DNA of 64,000 nucleotides from positions 1 through 64,000 of IMG/VR virus record IMGVR_UViG_3300031344_000002; one strand, written 5' to 3'. The notes under the pieces are model-generated. The model was not told where the DNA came from. It made no database searches and saw only the letters and a program-made list of their open reading frames with translations. The translations under genes were made by a program, and so were the position numbers. Positions within the stretch are counted from its first letter, which is position 1. The number at the start of each line of letters is the position of its first letter. This document shows positions 59,047 to 64,000 of the stretch, piece by piece.

Positions 59047-61320
59047 ATGGCAGATATAACAGAAAATACACTATCATCATATTTAGGTCCTGAATTTCAA
59101 CAACATCTTATGTGGCAATTGTTGGTTGAACCTGAATTTGCAGAAAAAATATTACCTGATTTAGCAATTGAATATTTTGATGACCCTAATCTTAGAAAAT
59201 TATTAATTATTATTTTAGAGTATCTTAAAGAATTTGAAAAAGTTCCAAACCTTCAGAATCAAAGTATTCATCAAGCAATTAATAAATATAAAACGCCAAA
59301 TAATATAATTGAAGAAGAATCATTATTTGCGATAATTAAACGTATTGAACTTTGGAATGAAAGAATTATCAATAAACAAATGCTTTATGATGGTGATGTT
59401 ATACAAAAATCCACAAATTCATTTATTAAACAACAAGAATATCGTAAATTAGCTGAAGGTATTATTGATAAAGTAAAAAATGGCGAAATTAAAAGTAAAT
59501 ATGTAATTGCAGCAATTGAAGAGAAATTTCAAAAAATTACACATATTGGTGAAGATGAAGATGATTGTGAAGAAGTAACTGAAGGTATTGAAAAAGCAAT
59601 GAGAAAAGAATTTAGACAACCAATACCAACAGGAATTGGTGTAATAGATTCATTAACTGGTGGGGGTTTAGGTAAGGGTGAAATTGGTTTAATATTAAGT
59701 CCGAGTGGTACTGGTAAAAGTACCGCTCTTACAGTTATTGCCAATACTGCTTATGAACAAGAAAAAAATGTTGCACAAATAATTTTTGAAGACACAAAAG
59801 ACCAAATTAAACGTAAACATTATACTATTTGGGCAAAATCTGCATTAAGTAAACTTGATGATAAAGAAGAAAATGTAAGAGTTATTAAAATAGCAAATGA
59901 AAAGGCAAAATCATTAGTAGGTAAGGGTAGATTGGTTATTAAAAAATTCAGTCAGGAAAATACCACTATGATAGACATTAAAAATTGGATGATTGGTTTT
60001 CAGAAAAAATATGGTTTTAAATTTGATATACTCGTACTTGATTATCTTGATTGCTTAGAATCACACAAGAAATCACCAGACAGAACTGAAGCTGAATTAC
60101 AAATAGTAAAAGCATTTGAAGCACTTGCAAGTGATTTTGATATACCTGCATGGTCAGCGTTACAAACTGGACGTGGAGGATTTGGTGCTGAATATGTTGA
60201 AGCACAGCAAACTGGTGGTAGTATTAAAAGAGTTCAAAAAGCACATTTTTTTATGAGTATTGCTAAAACTAAAGAACAACAAGAAGCAAACTTTGCTAAT
60301 ATTAGAATTATTAAAGCAAGATTTTGTAAAGACGGACAAACATTTGAAGATTGTATTTTTAATAATGATACAATGCAAATTATTATAACTGACCCAAAAT
60401 ATCCAGTAAAGAATAAATTGAAACATTATGATGAAAATGATGTAAATAATGTTGAAAATACTGCAAATAAAATGCATGCTGTTATTAGTCAACTTGCTGA
60501 AGATTCTAAAAATGTGGCTGATTTAGTTTATGATGCTGTGCCTAATACAGTAAATGATGTTGTAAATTTATCTCCTGCTGAAATTAATGGATTATTGCAA
60601 AACAATTCTGAATTCGAAACTGAACAAAATACTGTAAAAGAAATTGTAATAAAAACTGATATCGATGAACCCATTGTAAAAAAAGAAGAAATTGTTGTCA
60701 AAATTGAACCAATTAAAACTGAAAGTAGTGATTTTATTGAACAAATGAGAAGAGAAATTGAAGGTGAGATACATGGTGTTCCTGTTAAACAAATAGAAAA
60801 TATTCATATTAGTACAACAAGAACTGATTTAAAATATAATGAAATTAAACAAATAATTGACATTGCCAATGAAGCAATACTGGAAATTAATGGTGTAGTT
60901 GAAGTATCAGATGAAGAAATAATTCATCCTGAAGCAATATTTCATGAAGAACAAATAAAAAAGGATGAAGAAAAAGAACCATTTGAATGGAATGGCGAAT
61001 CTGGTAAAACAACAATTAATGTGATTAATCAACCAGAAGTGAAATTAGAAGATATAAAAAAGCCATTAGAGTTAATCAAAATTACTCCACCGGGAATTTT
61101 GATTAAAGAAAATAATATTGTTGTTGAAAAAAATACTGAAATTAAGGAAGAAAAATTATCATTAAAACCATTAATTGAAAGAACAAATAAAAATATTAAT
61201 ATAAAAGAATTGGAAACTAAATTATTAATTGATATTGATGAACCACAAGAAAATGAAAAAAGCATATTTAATATTTTGAATAAAGCACGTCAAAATCAGA
61301 GAGTTATAAAGGATGATTAA
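59047..61320 (+). CDS. dnaB: Replicative DnaB-like helicase with a long acidic C-terminal extension
   Basis: IPTGI..ID.LTGGGL, SPSGTGKST, LVLDYLD, WSALQTGR, IIKARF. Confidence 0.9.
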   Translation: MADITENTLSSYLGPEFQQHLMWQLLVEPEFAEKILPDLAIEYFDDPNLRKLLIIILEYLKEFEKVPNLQNQSIHQAINKYKTPNNIIEEESLFAIIKRIELWNERIINKQMLYDGDVIQKSTNSFIKQQEYRKLAEGIIDKVKNGEIKSKYVIAAIEEKFQKITHIGEDEDDCEEVTEGIEKAMRKEFRQPIPTGIGVIDSLTGGGLGKGEIGLILSPSGTGKSTALTVIANTAYEQEKNVAQIIFEDTKDQIKRKHYTIWAKSALSKLDDKEENVRVIKIANEKAKSLVGKGRLVIKKFSQENTTMIDIKNWMIGFQKKYGFKFDILVLDYLDCLESHKKSPDRTEAELQIVKAFEALASDFDIPAWSALQTGRGGFGAEYVEAQQTGGSIKRVQKAHFFMSIAKTKEQQEANFANIRIIKARFCKDGQTFEDCIFNNDTMQIIITDPKYPVKNKLKHYDENDVNNVENTANKMHAVISQLAEDSKNVADLVYDAVPNTVNDVVNLSPAEINGLLQNNSEFETEQNTVKEIVIKTDIDEPIVKKEEIVVKIEPIKTESSDFIEQMRREIEGEIHGVPVKQIENIHISTTRTDLKYNEIKQIIDIANEAILEINGVVEVSDEEIIHPEAIFHEEQIKKDEEKEPFEWNGESGKTTINVINQPEVKLEDIKKPLELIKITPPGILIKENNIVVEKNTEIKEEKLSLKPLIERTNKNINIKELETKLLIDIDEPQENEKSIFNILNKARQNQRVIKDD

Positions 61321-61391
61321 AATATTTTAATTTTTTAAATTTTTATGTATTTATTTTAAAAAATTAATTAATTTTGCATCATTAAAAATAT

Positions 61392-61479
61392 TGCGGTGTT
61401 GAGAAGTTGGTCATCTCGCCTGTTTCATAAGCAGGAGTCCCCAATAAGGTTTACGGTAGTTCGAATCTATCCACCGCTA
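61392..61479 (+). tRNA. tRNA-Met(CAT), initiator-like, with a long variable region
   Basis: Acceptor GCGGTG/CACCGC with a U1:U72 mismatch; D arm GAGA/TCTC; anticodon stem CCTGT/GCAGG with loop TTCATAA; T arm GGTAG-TTCGAAT-CTATC; no encoded CCA; TAATTTTG promoter upstream. Confidence 0.85.
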
Positions 61480-61537
61480 CTAATGAAAAATCTATAATTT
61501 TAAAAGATTTATTTTATAAAATTAAATTTGGTATATC

Positions 61538-61571
61538 AAATCCCCATAAGAAATATTTCTTATGGGGATTT
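61538..61571. terminator. Terminator (perfect 34-bp palindrome) after the tRNA
   Basis: AAATCCCCATAAGAAAT|ATTTCTTATGGGGATTT followed by a T tract. Confidence 0.85.
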
Positions 61572-61720
61572 TTATTTTATATTGTTTTTAATCCATTTCA
61601 TTTGTATTTATTATAAATAAAACCAAACAAAAAAGTTTGGATTGCTAATTAGGGGTACGGTCATTAAGATAGCTCCTTTTTGAAAATAAAATTATATAAT
61701 AAATGTAAATAATTAAATAT

Positions 61721-62830
61721 ATGCCGTTCTTCAGTCGTCCAAATTTGGAAAATGAACAATTTAAACAATTGAGTGGCAGCACTTTAACTTTAAATGGTCA
61801 AACACAAATAGCAACCACATCTGGTTTAACACTTACTGATGGTGCAGGAACTAACGTATTAATTACTGCAAGTGGTGCATCATCATCAACAAATGGATAT
61901 GTTTTAACATATTGTGATACTACAAAAGTAATATCATTAGCACAATCATCTGCAAGTGGTGGTTCAACAATATATAATGGTGCATCACCTACAACATGTA
62001 GTGTTGGTGGATTGAATTCAAGTACAGCAATTGCTGGTTGTCAATTATCTTGTATTATTCAAATGATAGTTGCACCAGTAATTAGTCCTTCTTTAATACC
62101 ACCAAGTAGTTCACTATCTCTATCACCAGCAACAACAACTTTTGAAATAGGTTGTAATATTGCATTTATTGGTATAATAAATTTTAATAGTGGTGTTGTA
62201 TCTCCAGTATATTGTGGAGGTCCTTCAGTAAGAACTGGTGCAGCAACTGGTTATACTTTTACGAATATTGGTGGTAACCAATATTCTGGTATAAATAATA
62301 CATGTATAATGCCAAGTATATCAATAACATCGGGTAATAATACTGCATCTGGTGTTGCTACATATGCTTCAGGTCAAACTCCTATAAATAGTGATGGTAG
62401 TTTATTAATAGGTTGTACATGTCCTGCTGGAAGTATATCATCTAGTGTGGTGGTTTGTGGTATTTATCCATATTTTTATGGAAATAGTGTAAGTGCTCCT
62501 ACTGCTGGTTCGGCATTACTTACAACAGGAAATAAATGTGTAACTGATAGTAGTAATAACGTTATTGTAAATTATAATGTTACAAGTAAATATATTTGGC
62601 TTGCAGTTCCTACAATATCAACAATAAAGACCAAATGGGAAGGTTCAAATGCTCCAACAACAAATACAGAATCAATACCCGGTGGATTATTTAATGTACC
62701 AACATCAGTATTAGTAAATTCTCCAAGTTCTTGTTGGACAGGAGTAAATTATAATTTTTACATTAGTAATTATCCTACAAGTACAATAGCTGGTATTACT
62801 CCTTATAATATAACATTTAAAAATAGTTAA
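61721..62830 (+). CDS. S/T/G/C-rich virion protein (tail fibre/collar-like)
   Basis: Low-complexity beta-rich sequence with many Cys; late motif at 61603. Confidence 0.65.
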   Translation: MPFFSRPNLENEQFKQLSGSTLTLNGQTQIATTSGLTLTDGAGTNVLITASGASSSTNGYVLTYCDTTKVISLAQSSASGGSTIYNGASPTTCSVGGLNSSTAIAGCQLSCIIQMIVAPVISPSLIPPSSSLSLSPATTTFEIGCNIAFIGIINFNSGVVSPVYCGGPSVRTGAATGYTFTNIGGNQYSGINNTCIMPSISITSGNNTASGVATYASGQTPINSDGSLLIGCTCPAGSISSSVVVCGIYPYFYGNSVSAPTAGSALLTTGNKCVTDSSNNVIVNYNVTSKYIWLAVPTISTIKTKWEGSNAPTTNTESIPGGLFNVPTSVLVNSPSSCWTGVNYNFYISNYPTSTIAGITPYNITFKNS

Positions 62831-62833
62831 AAA

Positions 62834-64000
62834 ATGGCAACACAATTAAATACAAATATAAAAGTTTCTGCACCATTACCAATTGATAAACGATATTTAA
62901 GCGAAAGAACTATTGGTGGTAGTCCATTACCATATTCAGCAACAACTGAAGTATTTTCAATAATTCCTTCAAGTGAAAGATATATTGGGTTAACTGTTAA
63001 TATTAATAATGTTGATTATTGGTTTAAAAATAATACAACGAATTTAATATTAAAAACGATTACTGGTTCAACATCAAATATTAATAATGTTACTGGCGGA
63101 ACAAATATTGGATATTTTAGTGGAAAAACTGGTATACAAATGCTTAATTTAAGTGGTGCTGGTTTTGGTATATATGAGGGTGATTATTATTCAGAATATA
63201 ATAATTATTATCGAGATAGTTCAGGATTTGTAAGACTTGGTACACCAACATATCATGGAGCACTTAGACGTGCATATATAAATTCTACAAGAACAGTTTC
63301 TTGGTTATTTGACCAAGGTTTAAATGCATGGCAATTAAGTAATTTTGATATTACTTTATATATTGGAAGTTATGTTCCCATTATTGGATATACAGGTAGT
63401 GGATATACAAATACTACATGGAATGGAAGTAATTATAATGGTTCTGTTTTAGTTACTGCGTATGGTAGTTTAAATACTGGTAATACAATTACAATAGGAA
63501 GTCCAGTTTTTTCAGATAAACAATTTAGTGAACTTAGATTTAAAACATTAAAATCGAAGACACCGAATTTCGTTAATATAAGTAATGATGATAGTTTTAT
63601 ATATTTTTCTGGTTCATCATCATTAATAAAAGGTAAAAATGTTGGTACTGGTATTGGTGTTTATTCTGGTGTAACTGGAAATACTTTACAATTTAAAAGT
63701 ATTCTTGGAACAGGTAGTACTACAGTAATAAATAATGGTGGTACTATTCTCATATCTTCAAGTAATGCAATAACTGGTGCAACCAATGGTTTAACAAAAG
63801 ATAATCTAAATATTAAATTAGGTGGAACATTAACTGGTAATACAGTAATAACTGATAATCGTGTAACGCCTGTTGGTATTCAATATGGCGGAAATTATGC
63901 GCCATATTTTACTTCTCGTTCACTTGTTGATAGGGGTTATGTTGAATCGGTTGCAACTGGACTTATTCCTAAATTAGCAGTAAAAGTTGCAACAATTTCG
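62834..64000 (+). CDS. Putative tail fibre-like protein, 3'-truncated (absent from the ORF track)
   Basis: MATQLNTNIKVSAPLPIDKRY... start; T/G/N-rich codon pattern continues to the window end. The first about 80 codons were read explicitly; the rest was only scanned. Confidence 0.7.
   Translation, partial: MATQLNTNIKVSAPLPIDKRYLSERTIGGSPLPYSATTEVFSIIPSSERYIGLTVNINNVDYWFKNNTTNLILKTITGSTSNINNVTGGTNIGYFSGKTGIQMLNLSGAGFGIYEGDYYSEYNNYYRDSSGFVRLGTPTYHGALRRAYINSTRTVSWLFDQGLNAWQLSNFDITLYIGSYVPIIGYTGSGYTNTTWNGSNYNGSVLVTAYGSLNTGNTITIGSPVFSDKQFSELRFKTLKSKTPNFVNISNDDSFIYFSGSSSLIKGKNVGTGIGVYSGVTGNTLQFKSILGTGSTTVINNGGTILISSSNAITGATNGLTKDNLNIKLGGTLTGNTVITDNRVTPVGIQYGGNYAPYFTSRSLVDRGYVESVATGLIPKLAVKVATIS

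Noticed and set aside
221-61265. Many short antisense or overlapping ORFs in the track (e.g. 221..406, 1904..2104, 15015..15233, 20170..20415, 26136..26495, 53695..53991, 56105..56431, 60160..60492)
   Set aside because: They are shadows of well-supported genes on another frame or strand, with no motifs or start context.
59047-61320. Intein in the helicase
   Set aside because: The extra length is C-terminal to all helicase motifs and has no Cys...His-Asn termini or LAGLIDADG motifs.
1-64000. Associated cas effector or adaptation genes
   Set aside because: No ORF shows recognisable Cas1/Cas2, paired HEPN RxxxxH in a Cas13-sized protein, or RuvC motifs; they could lie outside the window.
1-64000. 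Alternative genetic code (stop-codon reassignment)
   Set aside because: Conserved genes (sheath, thyA, recA, dnaB, tape measure) are full length and densely packed under the standard code.

Overview
A 64-kb, very AT-rich slice of a large contractile-tailed (T4-like module) phage genome. The host is very likely in Bacteroidota, judging by recurrent TAnnTTTG promoters, a Bacteroidota-style lipoprotein and a type VI-B-like repeat. The window holds: a nucleotide-metabolism operon (thyA, MazG); tail sheath, tube, chaperone, tape-measure and baseplate genes; a gp55-like late sigma factor; about 12 glycosyltransferase/sugar O-methyltransferase genes; probable internal head proteins; a replication block (SSB, RecA/UvsX, 5'-3' exonuclease, DnaB); four free-standing endonucleases; and one tRNA(CAT). 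The most notable non-standard items are four. (1) A cas-less array of six 36-bp repeats with five unique 30-31-bp spacers (2902-3269). It resembles type VI-B repeats, and its first repeats are translated as the C-terminus of a small phage protein. (2) A 601-bp non-autonomous IS200/IS605-like element carrying a promoter-driven, TnpB-less omegaRNA-like cassette (23220-23820). (3) A -1 frameshift site in the tail chaperone gene (29142-29151). (4) An initiator-like tRNA with an altered anticodon stem and a 19-nt variable region. All family assignments come from motif recognition by eye; no database searches were run.
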